Shown one piece after another: positions 10,401 through 22,362 of a stretch of 38,106 bases of DNA; positions within the stretch are counted from its first letter, which is position 1; each line of letters starts with the position of its first letter. A program made the translations under genes and the position numbers. The notes under the pieces are model-generated. The model had not been told where the DNA came from. It did no database searches and worked only from the letters and a program-made list of their open reading frames with translations. Origin of the DNA: Thelocarpon superellum (taxonomy: Eukaryota); contig JAPEUG010000141.1 of the NCBI GenBank assembly GCA_026025795.1, positions 1-38,106 on the forward strand, given 5' to 3'.

Positions 10401-13201
10401 TCAAGTAGCAATAACACCACCACCGTTCTCTACCCTTGCCCTCTCTTTCTCCTTTTCCTTTGTACTCGTATTCGTCTTCGCCTTGCTGGCCTTGTTGGCC
10501 TTGTCGGCCTGTGCTTTGCTCGACTCCTTTTCCCTGCCCTTGTCCTTGTCCTTGTCCTTTTCTTTCTTAGATCCTGCTGATGTGGGTGTCGTCGTCGTTG
10601 CTGCTACTGACGTAGGGGCGGCCGTGGCCGTGGTATTGGAAGAAGAAGAAGATGAAGGAGGAGGTGGAGGGGGAGAGACAACATCAGAGATGCTAGACCG
10701 GCTGCTGCGGTGGTCCTTGTCCCGACGTCCTTTTCCGCGTCCTGCCGCGTGTCCGCCTTGCCCCAGCTGTCCTTGTCCCTTTCCCGGTCCCTGCCCCTGG
10801 GCTGCATTTACGCCTGTGCCCGTGCCGGTGTTGATGTGCGGTAATGTCTGATTACTATGTCCTGTCATCGCCGTTGGATGTGAGGGCGACGTGATGGTCG
10901 TTGTGTGGTTGAGGCTGTTGTTGATGTCGGTGGTGGTGGTGGTGGTAGTGTACGCGGTGGAGTTGGAATTAGAATTAGAGACCGTGGCGGCGGTGATGGT
11001 GGAGGAGGAAGATGTAGAGGGTGGAATGGGCGGTTTATTGCCCTTGTTGGAGTTGGATTTGGAGCCGGCGCTGGAGCTGTGGCTGACGTCCGCTGCTTTG
11101 CCCTGGGAGAAATCCTTCCATTTTCGCCACCCGTCAAAGTCAATCAAGGCTTGCATGCATCCCCATTCCATTACCTTGCTCTCTAGCCAGACGAAGTTGA
11201 CGGGCTGATTGGACGCGAGGTCAGTTGCTTGCTTTGATATCCAAAGGAAAGAGAGCAAAGCGGAGTGAGGGTTGTACCTTGGTCAAAAAGTCGTTGCATC
11301 CCGCTGCCAACGCCTCATGTCGATCGCTCTGTAAGGAGGAGGCCGTGAGGGCGACGATGATGACGGGCGACTTGAACAGCACGGTATTAGGCAGTTTGTC
11401 GTCCCCTTCTGGCTCGAGGCTTGCTGATTCCGGCGCCGACGAGGAAGCCGATGAGGAAAAGACCCCGATGGAATTCAGACGCTCCAGTCGTCGAATCTCC
11501 TTGGTGGCGTCCAGCCCGTTCATCACCGGAAGTTGAATGTCCATCAAGACCAGGTGGAAGCCCCCCGCGCGCCATTTCGTCACCGCTTCCCGCCCGTTCA
11601 TCGCCGTCTGCCATCGCACCTTGAGCCGCTTCATAAAGGCCTCGAGGAGCTTCAGGTTGATGATGTTGTCCTCGACGATGAGCACGTTGATCGGCGGTAC
11701 CGCTCCTTCCAACAGACCGGCCGGCAGGTGGGGCGGCTCCGCAATCTTCTTCGCCTTCCGCGCCTGTCGAGGTCGGGGTGATGCCGTTCGTGCCGGAGGC
11801 GTCCCGGCTTTGTGAGCCGTTTCAGCCAATGGCGGCGTGGGCAAGGGCGGTGGTCCTGGGGGCACTACGTACAGATTAGCGAAAGCTCTACAAAGCAAAG
11901 CCAGCGTCGTTACCCTGAGTCATCGTGCTCGGTGCTCCGTTGAGGATCGGCGGTGACGTGGTGTGTGTCCGACCCATACGGGGTCGGCCGCTGTGACGAG
12001 GCCCTCGCAGGCCCGGCGATGGAAGCGACGGGACTTGTCCCGTGCTGATGACCGCGATCGAGTGCACTGGGGGATGATGCGAGCCTTGAGAGGTGCCGTG
12101 CGTGGCCACCGACGCCGACGGCAGATGAGGGGAGCCGATGGCAGGCATGGGCGGAAAGTAGTCGCCGCCTTCCCCTGGTCGGGGCTCGTCGGGGTAATAG
12201 GCGGTGTGATGGCCGGCGCGCGGAGATGCCTTGGGGGTGCGCTTGGTCGGCACGTCAATGACCAAGGCTTCATCCACCGTCTGTCCGCCAGGATAGTACG
12301 AGTCCAAGGTACGCCCGATGGATTCCTCGGGTCCGAGCACGCGTTGTCCTTCTCGTGAATGTCGCTGCATCGACTCGCGCGTGACGATACATAGCATCAC
12401 GTCCGGCGCATCGAAACATCGGCCCAGGGAATTGGCATACTTGGACAAGATCTTATCTCGCACGTCGTCCACCAGGTCGTCGTCGTGGATTGGCACCAGC
12501 GTCGCCGACGCGCCGGGCCGCTTGACCCAGATCTTGCGGGTCGCCATGTGGGGCAGACGACCGTCGTATCCTGGGGACGCTACATTCACCCCGAGGATGG
12601 ATTGGATGGCACCCGCCTCCGAGGCGGCGACCAGGGATTGATGTCGGCGGATGGGTCGAGGGTGAGGGTGGAGCAATGGAGCGTCTGCCGGGCACAAGGT
12701 CGGAGGGAGCGTGGCCTTCGGGCGCTCTATCGGGGAGGAAGGTGAGACCGCTGCAAGGATGGAGGTGGAGAGGACTGGCGGAGAGTCACTGGCGATCGGT
12801 AGGTCTGCAATGGCCCGTGGCGGGGATGCAGCAGAGGGTATCGACGATCCATGGAGCTGGAGGCGTGGAGGAGTGATCGCTAGCGGACGTTGGCCGGCGT
12901 GTCTTGTGCCTTCGCTTGGCCCCGGCGCGCCGGGCGTGGCGACGGCGTCATCCCTGCCGTCGTCGTTTACCCTGGTGGAATGGGTACTTTGGGACATCAG
13001 ATCATCTTCGGACTTCCTCGGCCGGCGGCGGTGCGTCAAGGGAAGGATGTTCACAGACTCCTCTCGTGGCAAAGGTGAGGATGCGTCGTGATCAGAAGGG
13101 CCATATGCTCCGGAAGCTGAGCTGCCCCTGGGAGAGTTGGCAGCTGGCCAAGGTAGAAACCTGGCACAGGCATTGGTGAGCCTTGTCCTCAGCTCACCCA
13201 T
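10401..13201 (-). CDS. SSK1: Two-component response regulator Ssk1/SskA (HOG pathway)
   Basis: RKIWVKRPGASATLV N-terminal domain and receiver domain PPINVLIVEDNIIN..FHLVLMDIQLPVMNG..PVIIVALTASS..GCNDFLTK-PV, followed by EWGCMQALIDFDGWRKWK. Introns 11865..11913 and 11205..11277. First in-frame ATG is 13201 (the track's 13231 is TTG). Confidence 0.95.
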
Positions 13202-13364
13202 ATTGTTGGCGCCCGCGGATCCAGCGTCCAACCATCCAAGCCTTCACTTCCCTCGTGGCCGTGATCACCGACCACATCTTCCCGCGACATCTGGAGCTCG
13301 CATCGATATGCAGAAATGAGCCAGCGGTGTCATCAGCATGTCTTGATGTTTCGGCACGCTTGGA

Positions 13365-13403
13365 TCTACGACTTGCTTCTACGACTTGCGTCTACGACTT
13401 GCT
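13365..13403. repeat. 13-bp tandem repeat x3 (TCTACGACTTGCK) upstream of SSK1
   Basis: tctacgacttgct / tctacgacttgcg / tctacgacttgct read directly. Confidence 0.9.
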
Positions 13404-14567
13404 TCGCACTCCCCGGCCACTTGTGGTCACCTGTGATCGCGACCACTCGTCACGTTCTCCACCGGTCCTTCCTCCCTCCACCGCCGCAACGCGAACCTTA
13501 TTTGCCAGGCGAAGGTGAGCGACGGATAGAACAGGCCAACCTCCATGTTCCCACCGTGACCCTGTAGCCGTGTACGGGATACTCAGTAGGGTGCTACGGA
13601 CCTGGTCCAGCCACCTTTTCTCTTCTACATCCCTTCCTACCCATCTGAGTTGTGCCTACAGCTCAACGTCGTAAGCAGATCTTCCCCGGTTACCCTCGAC
13701 GAGTCTATCGCGCGTGGACACAGACAGTAGCTACTCGATGGAAATCAGTCGTGTAGATGGCTCATTAATGAATAAGGTGAAATGCCTCTCGTTGCCGTGC
13801 AGATCTTAAGAGGGAGAGAAAGCATGCACGCAAGCAAGCAAGCACACAAGCAAGAGACGACGCCCGTCTGATGACGCCGAAATCGCGACTTCGCTTTTGA
13901 TGCCGACATTACCTGTGCCATCATTTCCCGAGCCAAAGAAACACACAAACCCCCTCCGCATGAGACCCGTGCGACATGGATACCTGCAACCCCCCCCCCG
14001 TGTTCCTGAAACGATGATCCGCCACCGTCCGGCATGAGCACTCCTCGCCCAAATCAACGACGCACCATGCACCATGGAAAGACCCAGCGAGTCCATCGGT
14101 CCGTGGAGACCCATCGACCGACTCTCTATTGCCTTCCCGTCAAAAACGTATACGCACACGCACGAACGAGCATCGCAGCATCCGCCACCGCCAGGACCGG
14201 GGCTGGACCCCGAACGCCTTCGTGTCCCACCTCTGACACGGACGGCGCCCCCCCCCCCGCCTCCCCGGCAGGCCACGCCACGTGGCCAAACACTAGCGCT
14301 GACCTCCCGTCGCTGCAGATGCCCGGCAAGGATGAACGCAAGATGGGATATCACGCACGCGTCCGAACCCTAATGCCCCGGAGAGAAAGACGACCGCACC
14401 CACTCCTGCTCCCGCTCCCGCTATCGCTCCCGCTCCCGCTCAAGGACCGGAGAGAAACACCACGCAAGAGAGAAACGCAACATGGACCAGACACCGACGC
14501 ATGAGTAAGTGAAACCGAAGTGAGCAGAACTGCCGATGCGCGTTGGGACCAAACTCGATGCTCCCGC

Positions 14568-16217
14568 TTATCGTCCCACCATGTATTCGGGGTAGGCCCC
14601 GTCTCCCGTCCGCATCGGGCCCGCCGGGCCGCCCGTCGTGATGCCGCCCACCATGTGATGGCCGCGCATGCCGTTCATCCCATGCCCATTCATCCCGAAG
14701 GGACTGCCGGGATACGGGCCATGCATCATGCTGCTGTTGACCGGACTGCCGAGATTGTTGATGGCACCGCCGCTGAGGCCTCCGAGCGGGCTATTCAGAC
14801 CCGGCGGCGCCGAGAGCCCAGGCGGCGGCCCGCTCGCCGTGGTGAAGGGTAGCGCAGAGCCAGCGCTGACCGCCCCATTCATCCCTGCCATCCCGCCGTG
14901 TGCTGTCGCCGCCGACGACAGGCCAGCGCCTGTCCCCGGCTGGCCCGTCCGCACCCCCAGCGGATTTTTGGAGAAGCTCAGCCGGATCCCGCCCTTGACG
15001 CTGTTGTGTAGCGGGTGGCCATAGAGCTCGTTGAGCGCTTTGGTGGCAAAGGAGACGTCTTCGAACTCCACAAAGCACATTGGCCCGTTTTGCTTCGTCC
15101 GGAAGCAGAGTCGTTTGTAGCCACGCTGCTTGGAGAACATCGCCTTGAGCTCATCTTCCGACGTGTCGATCGGCAGGTTGCCCACGTAGAGCGTGTTGCA
15201 GGGCGGATTCTGGTCGGCCGGGTTGACGGGTGGGTAGTTGGGTCGCTGAAAATGCTGCGTCGCCATTTGGTACGACGCCGTGGGCGTGAGCGGACCCAAC
15301 GACGCCGCCGGAAGCGCGGACGAGGGCGACTGGAGGGACAGGCCGGTACGGGGAGAGGCAAAGACGCCCGGCGCCGACGGTGGGCCGTTGTTGGTCGTCA
15401 GCGACAGGCCGGCGAAGCGCGACACCGGCGGTTGCGAGCCGGCCGTCCGACGGGCCGCATGGGCCGCCGCCGTCGCATTTCCTCCCTTGGCGTACGCAAC
15501 GGGGTCTTTGAGGAGCTCACCCGTCTCATCATCGTCGACCGAGTCGTCATTGATGACCGACTTCCCCGTCACTCGAGCCCCTTCGGTCGTTTGATTTCCG
15601 ATGGGCGATTGCGGCGAGAAGAGACTCTTGAAGTGCGAGCCCGACTCCGGCGTCGGGAGGTCGCCGTTGACCATGTGCGTGCTCGCGTTGAGCCCGGCCG
15701 CGGCCCCCGGTGGCGAGAGTCGCTCCATGCTCTGGAAGGTGCCGTTGTATCGCGACGATTGCCGGCCGCTGGCGCCATTGGAGGAAGCCGTCGAGGAGGC
15801 TGAGCTCGACGGGCCGCGGTTAGTGGACGCATCATTCGTGCTACGCCGGGATGCCTGGGAGGTGACGGCGCCCGAGCCGTGGAGAATGTCGACCACCATG
15901 TTCGCCTCCGTGGCGGTGTTGGGCTTTCCGTCAAGCATGGCCTTGGCCTCCTGCGCCGCCGCGGGCGACTTGAAGCGTGCCACGGCCGACATATACCCCG
16001 GATCCTCGACGGCGTCGAGGGGAGCGAATTCGGAGTCGACGAAATCTTTGGCGAAGAGAAACATGCTCCGCAACTCTTTTTCCGTCATATTACGTGCCAG
16101 CTTCCGGATGAGGATCGCCGACGAGCCGTTGCCCGCGACCGGCGTCTCCCCACGCTCTGATGAGGCCAGATGGTTGTGATCCAGGCTGAAGGAGCCGGCC
16201 TCCACGACAAGAGACAT
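14568..16217 (-). CDS. WHI3: Whi3/Whi4/Scw1-like RRM RNA-binding protein
   Basis: 549-aa ORF with [65 protein letters not shown] (Whi3-family RRM) and a degenerate N-terminal RRM-like region. Confidence 0.92.
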   Translation of the reverse strand: MSLVVEAGSFSLDHNHLASSERGETPVAGNGSSAILIRKLARNMTEKELRSMFLFAKDFVDSEFAPLDAVEDPGYMSAVARFKSPAAAQEAKAMLDGKPNTATEANMVVDILHGSGAVTSQASRRSTNDASTNRGPSSSASSTASSNGASGRQSSRYNGTFQSMERLSPPGAAAGLNASTHMVNGDLPTPESGSHFKSLFSPQSPIGNQTTEGARVTGKSVINDDSVDDDETGELLKDPVAYAKGGNATAAAHAARRTAGSQPPVSRFAGLSLTTNNGPPSAPGVFASPRTGLSLQSPSSALPAASLGPLTPTASYQMATQHFQRPNYPPVNPADQNPPCNTLYVGNLPIDTSEDELKAMFSKQRGYKRLCFRTKQNGPMCFVEFEDVSFATKALNELYGHPLHNSVKGGIRLSFSKNPLGVRTGQPGTGAGLSSAATAHGGMAGMNGAVSAGSALPFTTASGPPPGLSAPPGLNSPLGGLSGGAINNLGSPVNSSMMHGPYPGSPFGMNGHGMNGMRGHHMVGGITTGGPAGPMRTGDGAYPEYMVGR

Positions 16218-19200
16218 GTTGGATCGCTAGAGGCAGACGGCGGGATAAGGAACGACGGCGGTGCTCCACGGGTGCGGTTGAGCTGCGGATAGGGGTAAGG
16301 CAGCCGGAGGCGGTAGGGATGCGGTCGTTGTCACAAGAGGTTGAAGGCGTGAGCGATACAGATGCAAAAAGCGGTGCTCACAGATCGTGAGCTGGGTCCG
16401 CCTGGGCCGGTGGATTCTCGTACCCTCAACGGTGTATGCGGCCCAAGAGATGTGATGCGCTGCTTTCGACGTCTTAAGCGCCTGGCGGCGGTGAATGTCA
16501 ACCTCACTGATGGACCAAGGCCGCTATATTTGGATGCTGCCACGAGGTGAGTCCGATCAGCGGTGCTGGTCGCACCAAGCAGGAGAGGCGAGCGGTTGTG
16601 CGAGGTGAGCAATCGATCGGGGCAGGGCGTGCGGGATCAGAACGAATCGCAGGGGAGCGTTGCACGTCTTCGGCCCGTGAAGGAGTGCAATTGAGCCGAT
16701 ATCTGCGCCGGGCACGCTGCCCTCCGATCTACTCGTCCACGCGTGTGGGGAAAAGAGACAGCCGGGGAGGGTGTGCGTGCTGCGTGGAGCTGAGCCGGGC
16801 CGCGACCGCGACGGTAATCTTGAGGTCGCTGAGAGCGGCGGATGGGGAGCGCAGGGTGAACGCGATTGAGATCGGATGGGAACTTTGACAGATCCTGATG
16901 CAATCACACCGCACAGGTTGGTGGGAGGGTACGGATGGGCGTTTGCGCGCGCCGACGGTGGTGAAGATAATGCAGTGGCAATGGAAGTGCGAGCGCTGTG
17001 GGATTCACATCGAGTGCGCAGCGCAGGAGTCGTGGTGGAGCCGAACGAACGTGACGGGGGAGGTAGGTTGCCGAGATGAACGGCAGTCGAGGTGAGTGAG
17101 CGAGTCGAGGAATGGGACGTGCTGCTGCTCCGACCACTGCTGCTGGAAGGCTGCGCGCCGCGGGCTGCAGGTCGGGGCGTCCGGGACAGATGCAGCGGCG
17201 GGTGCGATTGAGGCGTGCTGATGGAACCGTTGGACGTAGACGGCGTCGTGGGTGTGGACGTCGACGTGGACCTGGGCTGGACGGGGGGAGTGGGACGGAG
17301 ACGGCGACCGGGGGACGGGGGATTGGGACGAGTAGTGGTGCTGCTGCTGCACACTGCGGGAGTGGGGGAGGGCGCTGGGAGGGAGGGAGGGGGGGGTGTG
17401 TGGGTAATGGGCCAATCACGCTGCTTGCGTCCTACGGAAAACGCCTACTGCCTTATCGCATGGGCGGCTGCCAGTACGGGAGTACTGTGTACAGGACAAG
17501 TACGTGCGGTCGCCGACACCGCTGCTGCTGCTCCGGCTCCACTACGATCAGAGGGCGGCCGGGCCTCTAATGGACGATCCCGCGCTGGCGGCCGTGGCGC
17601 ACCCGATCGATTCGATGTACAAGCACCCGCACTGGCACGCCGACGACTACAGATGCGAGTGCAGCGACGATGGCGGCAAATTGACGCGATGGGCGGCGGC
17701 GCTCGACCGTCGCCCCGATGCTGCTTTGATGGCTAAGCTGATGGGGGCGCGATGGCGACAGCGCGACGGTCCGACAGAAACAGAAAGGCAAAGGAAGCGG
17801 GCTGCGGCAACTGGCATAAGAGCCCGTGAGAGAGGGAAGGCAGCTGCAGGGCTAATGTTTAGCTAAGTAGCGAGACGGCACTACTGGGAAGTCACTACAA
17901 TGTCCGCGAACGAGAGATCTGGTCGGCGGGTGTGAGCGAGGCCGAGGAGAGGACTGGTGTGGGTGGGCCAGTTCGAGAGGAGGGCGGGGTTCGAGAGGGG
18001 CGAGAAGGGGGGTGGGATAGCGGCCCTGGTGGGTGGGCGTGGGCTGGCCATGCCACCCCGCAGACGATCTGCTTCATCGCACACGACCGACCGACCGACC
18101 GACCTCACCCACGCCGGGATCAATGTCCGAGGGTCAAGTGCGTGTACGGGTACGCTGGCCTGCCGTAGGACATCCAGCGCGAGAGCCCTGGCTGGTGGAC
18201 CAACGGCGGGGTGCATGAATAATCCTGTCGAGGGTCGAGTGGCGCGAAGGAGGGGAGCAATGGTCAGGTCTAATCTCGACGGGCGCCACGCCTCTCCGGC
18301 CCCGAGGCGCCATGCTGGGCAGGAACCAGTGGGACGTCGTGCTGGTCGGCGAGGGTCGGGTCAAGGGTCAGTCGAGGGTCGAGGGGTGCGGACCACGTCG
18401 GAAGTCGAGAGGTAACTCGGAGGAGCAGGTGCGCACGCTTTGACGCACCCAGATCCCTACCGCTGCCCCGCACAGCCAGTTAGAACAGCCTTGCGAGGAG
18501 CTCGCTTCAATCTCCAACGAACTCTGTGTTGAGCCAGAGGTTGACAGCTCCAGCGGCGTCTGGTCGCCTAAGCCTTAGTGAACTAGTGCCGAGGCCGGTT
18601 CGGCCGCGCTCAATGCCACTGCCCGCTTGACTTTCTGACTAACGGCTACGCGAGCTGACTTTGGCTACCTGGACCACCATTGCGCCGCACGTCCATCGGA
18701 GGACTGCGCCAGGTCCTGCCCGATTCTCGGACCTGGCCATGGCCAGTAGCGACCGAATTAGGTACTTCGTGGTCGGTCATGAGGGCCGGGGGACCTGAGC
18801 AGGCACGAAGGAGTTGCGTACTGGGCGATGAAGGAAGAGCAGCACCGCGCGGTCTTGGGGCGGACGCACTGGTTGCGTGCTCGTAGCGACTCCGGGCGAC
18901 GCGCACAAACGTCAAAGGACCCTGTCACCTCGCGCGGTTGTTTCGATTGCGCGAGGATGGGGCATGTCCCGCCTGCGACCCTATTCCAAACACAATACCT
19001 GGATGATGCATGCGACTCGGATCATCCCATGTACGAAGTACCATACAATTCCACCCTCGCGTTGCCGCATCCTGCTGGCCGCTGGGAGGCCAAGTCTCCC
19101 ACAAAGCGAGGGCTGTTGAGTGGACCGCGGGCCGTGCCCAATCGCTTGCGGCGCGATGTTACGACGCTGGACTGTCAGACAAGGCCCGAGCAGAGGGACC

Positions 19201-20800
19201 CCCACTCCCCCCAGTCCAGCAGAATGCGGTGCCAGCGAGTCAAATCATACCCTCTGGCAGAACCATCCGATCTGCAAAAGGCGATGCGTGCCCAACGGGC
19301 GAGATGGGACGAATTTACTGCCCGCATCGCTCCCCTCCCGATGCGGCATGTCTCGGCGGGCGTGCGGTGGCCGCGGTGGAGCTAAGGCAGGCGGATGCAG
19401 TACCAAGTTCTGGTGCTCTGTCGCAGGTCGCTACGGCTGCGACGGCGGCACACGCCCTCTTGGTTCCGGAAAGTCACCCTGGTTGCCGGGGCTAAAGCAT
19501 CGCCCCTCCCACCTTCGCATCCCGGTTGGCTTCAGGACTTGTCCAGTGGCTCTGGGCAGGACCGCTAGAGACGCCATCGACTGGCGCCGTCGGTCCTTGT
19601 CCCTGCCACGCCGCGAATAATCGCTGCGAGCGGTGCGCATCGACGCTCGCCCCAGCAAGGGCCCCTGGTCGGGCTTTCCAAAAGTCGTCGCTAGCCCAGG
19701 TTGACCTCTTGTACTGTTGCTCGCATGCCCTTACGCCCTCTGTCTGTGGAGACGTGCTGTTTGGGCCCTCATGCGACGACGAGTAGGAAGTGCGAGTCGT
19801 CCGGGTACCGGTCCTGCGGCGTTGGCCACTTGCGGTACTCGTCTCGTACTTGTGCGGATTCATGGACCGTCCAGTGGCTTCCGGTCCGCACCGCCGGCGC
19901 GAACCTACGAGTACGAGTACCCGGGTCTGACAATACCAGCTTGACCAAACCCGTGCCTGGGTTGGCACTTGGACGGACGGACCCGTACTCGTAAGCTCTG
20001 GGATGGTACAAATTCTTCATACGCCGTCGGAGGACAAGCAACCTACCGTACTCCTGGATACGGTCAAATGCTATGCAGCATTACCGGAGCCTGCCGGTCA
20101 CGTTATCTTTCGTCCCTGCGCATCATCGTGACCACCGAGTACTAACTTATCGGCGCCGTCTTTGACTTTCGTTTAGAGCTGGCCCTGTTCGGTCGGGCCT
20201 GGGGCCTCGGGCATCGAAGAGGTGGCGGGACGTGCTGACAGGACGGAGGGTCGCATCCAATAATTTCCAGTGGCGCGCCGCCCTGGCCACCTTCCCGCAT
20301 GACAGACGCAGGGCTAGATTGGCAAGGCTCAGGCCACCCATCATATCCGCGCATGACTTTCTAGTTGAATTCGCGGAGGGGGCAATGTCATTTAGTTACT
20401 TCAACTCCTACTCCCCCGCCAAGGGTCCAGCATGCTGGCCTTCAGTCTTCCTTGGCGAATCCATCATGGATGCCAGGCGCGACGTGGCGCAGACCCTGTG
20501 ATGACCACCACTAGGGAGAAAAGAGAAGCAGCCGCGATAGCCCGTAGAGAAGAGGTGGTTTGGCGAAGAAGAGTGGCTGAAAGGAAGGTTTCATCCGTCT
20601 GGGTCGCAACCAAATGTGCATCAGTGCCTCGTTACAGCCCGTACGCCGTTTCGCTATGTAAAATCCGACGTCACTCGTGAGTTTCCGACCCCCATTGCAC
20701 GCTTGGTATCTGGCAACCCCGTGACGTCATTCACCTCCAAAATCACAATGCCAGTGGCGCCGTCGATGTTGTAGGTGAGAAGCTTGGATGCGTCGGAGCA

Positions 20801-22362
20801 CTATGGCGAGCCTCCATGTCCCACGTCGGCCTGCTCCAGGCCGACCCCGCTAGCTGACCGTAGGTGATGGACGACCCGGCCAAACGCGTAGGCACTGTCG
20901 CTCCGACCATCGTTCGCACAGGGGCTATGACGTATTGGCAAGAACCAGTCAATCACTCGTTCCCCCATGACCGATCTCCAATTCGCCATGGCACCAAGAT
21001 CCCATGGATTCTGCCCGGGGTGAGTACTGAGAATGGCGAATGTTCGCCAACGACGGGGTGCATCGGCCGCCAGTTGGTCGTTCGGGTCTTGGATCGGGAA
21101 GGCACGCATCTTCAGTGGAGGCCGAGAGGTCGTGAAGGTGCTGTTCATCCGCTCCGGATCGGGAATGTACACGGCGAGATGCGTCACTTTCGAATGGCGC
21201 GTCACGTTTTCCACCGTGGTCAAGTTGAGGAGGGTCAATTGAGCAGAGCTCAGTGTCATTCCGATCGTGAAGGTCGCGAAAACTGCAGCGCTAAGGTCTT
21301 TTAGTCTGGGCGCTCGGCAGCAGGGCTCCGGGAGGCTTACAAAACTAACGTGGCGATCCAGTGGACGTTGACAGACTCGGCCTGTGTAGGATAGTCAGCA
21401 AATAGCTCCAGGGCGTTTGACTGCCGTTTGGTGACGGCTTCAATCATAAGGCTGGGACTAATGCGTACCGTCCTCTTCTGTTCCGATATGAAATATGCCA
21501 TGACGCACAACACGAAGCCGCAGTAGACAGCTGTGTATGCAACGAATTGGAGGAAAAACTTGAAGCTCGTTTTGGAGACGATTCCGCCCACCCTATTGCC
21601 GATGCCCCGGGTCAGCCTTCAAGTTCGCAAGGAGGGTTCGCGTCGAAACGTCGGCTGGGCACCTCCTACACGCTTACCAGGGGCAGAAGTGATCCATTTT
21701 TTCGACACATCGCGATATTTCGCTGCAGTGGTGCGCTCGGTCGGGCTTCCAGTTCAAGCACGTGGAACACCAAATGGGAAAGCCATCTTCCCTGCATACA
21801 AAGACGTCTTTAGAGTAGAAGGACTCCAGCCCGGGTATTGAAGCGCCTTTGTCGGACTCATGGTCAGGTGAAAGCGGCCGCTTCTCTGAGCCGGCGGAGG
21901 TATTAAGCCCAAGCCCGCGCTCGGCATCTGACGGGCTCGGCGGCAGGGTCTCCTTATTTCTTAGGCCCAACGTCTTGTCCAACTGATGTGAGGCTTGTGG
22001 GGCGTTCATCTCGCACCATTGCGGCCCTCGTGGCACCAGACCTGGATTGGTCAAAACCGTGGCCAAGAGACGGAAGTAGGTGGCTGCCATAGGAACAAGT
22101 AGAACCACATGCAGCACCAGGAGAGCGATCGCGAGTCCCGGGCGGTTACCGTGCGGTGCAGACACCCCGGGACGCAGCAGGTAATCGACTGATAAATCCC
22201 GAGTCAGCTTTCTCTTCTGATCAGCAGCAATGATCCCCGACGTTGCTTACTACAAAGTTGAGCGATAACAACGTATGTGCTGTAAACGGCGACGGCAATG
22301 AGGAACAAAGGAATGATTCGAGCTGTCCAGATGTTTGCGGATCGTTGGCTGTGCGATGACAT
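20801..22362 (-). CDS. PFA5: DHHC palmitoyltransferase, Pfa5-like
   Basis: [35 protein letters not shown] (DHFC variant of DHHC), NLTTVE and NPWDLG. ATG at 22362, introns 22189..22250, 21593..21677, 21382..21468, 21291..21340, stop at 20801-20803. Confidence 0.9.

Noticed and set aside
16450..16510. Possible box C/D snoRNA (TGTGATGC..CTGA) on the + strand
   Set aside because: Box C is imperfect, there is no convincing terminal stem or recognisable guide, and it is antisense to the inferred leader.
17005..17415. Q/H/P-rich minus-strand ORF as an extra WHI3 coding exon
   Set aside because: It starts with TTG, the plausible splice leads to an immediate stop, and the 16217 ATG already gives a complete protein.
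17500..20740. Hidden gene or ncRNA in the 3.2-kb intergenic stretch (branch-like GACTAAC near 18637 and TACTAAC near 20140)
   Set aside because: I could not build a coherent exon chain or find a domain or RNA-family motif.
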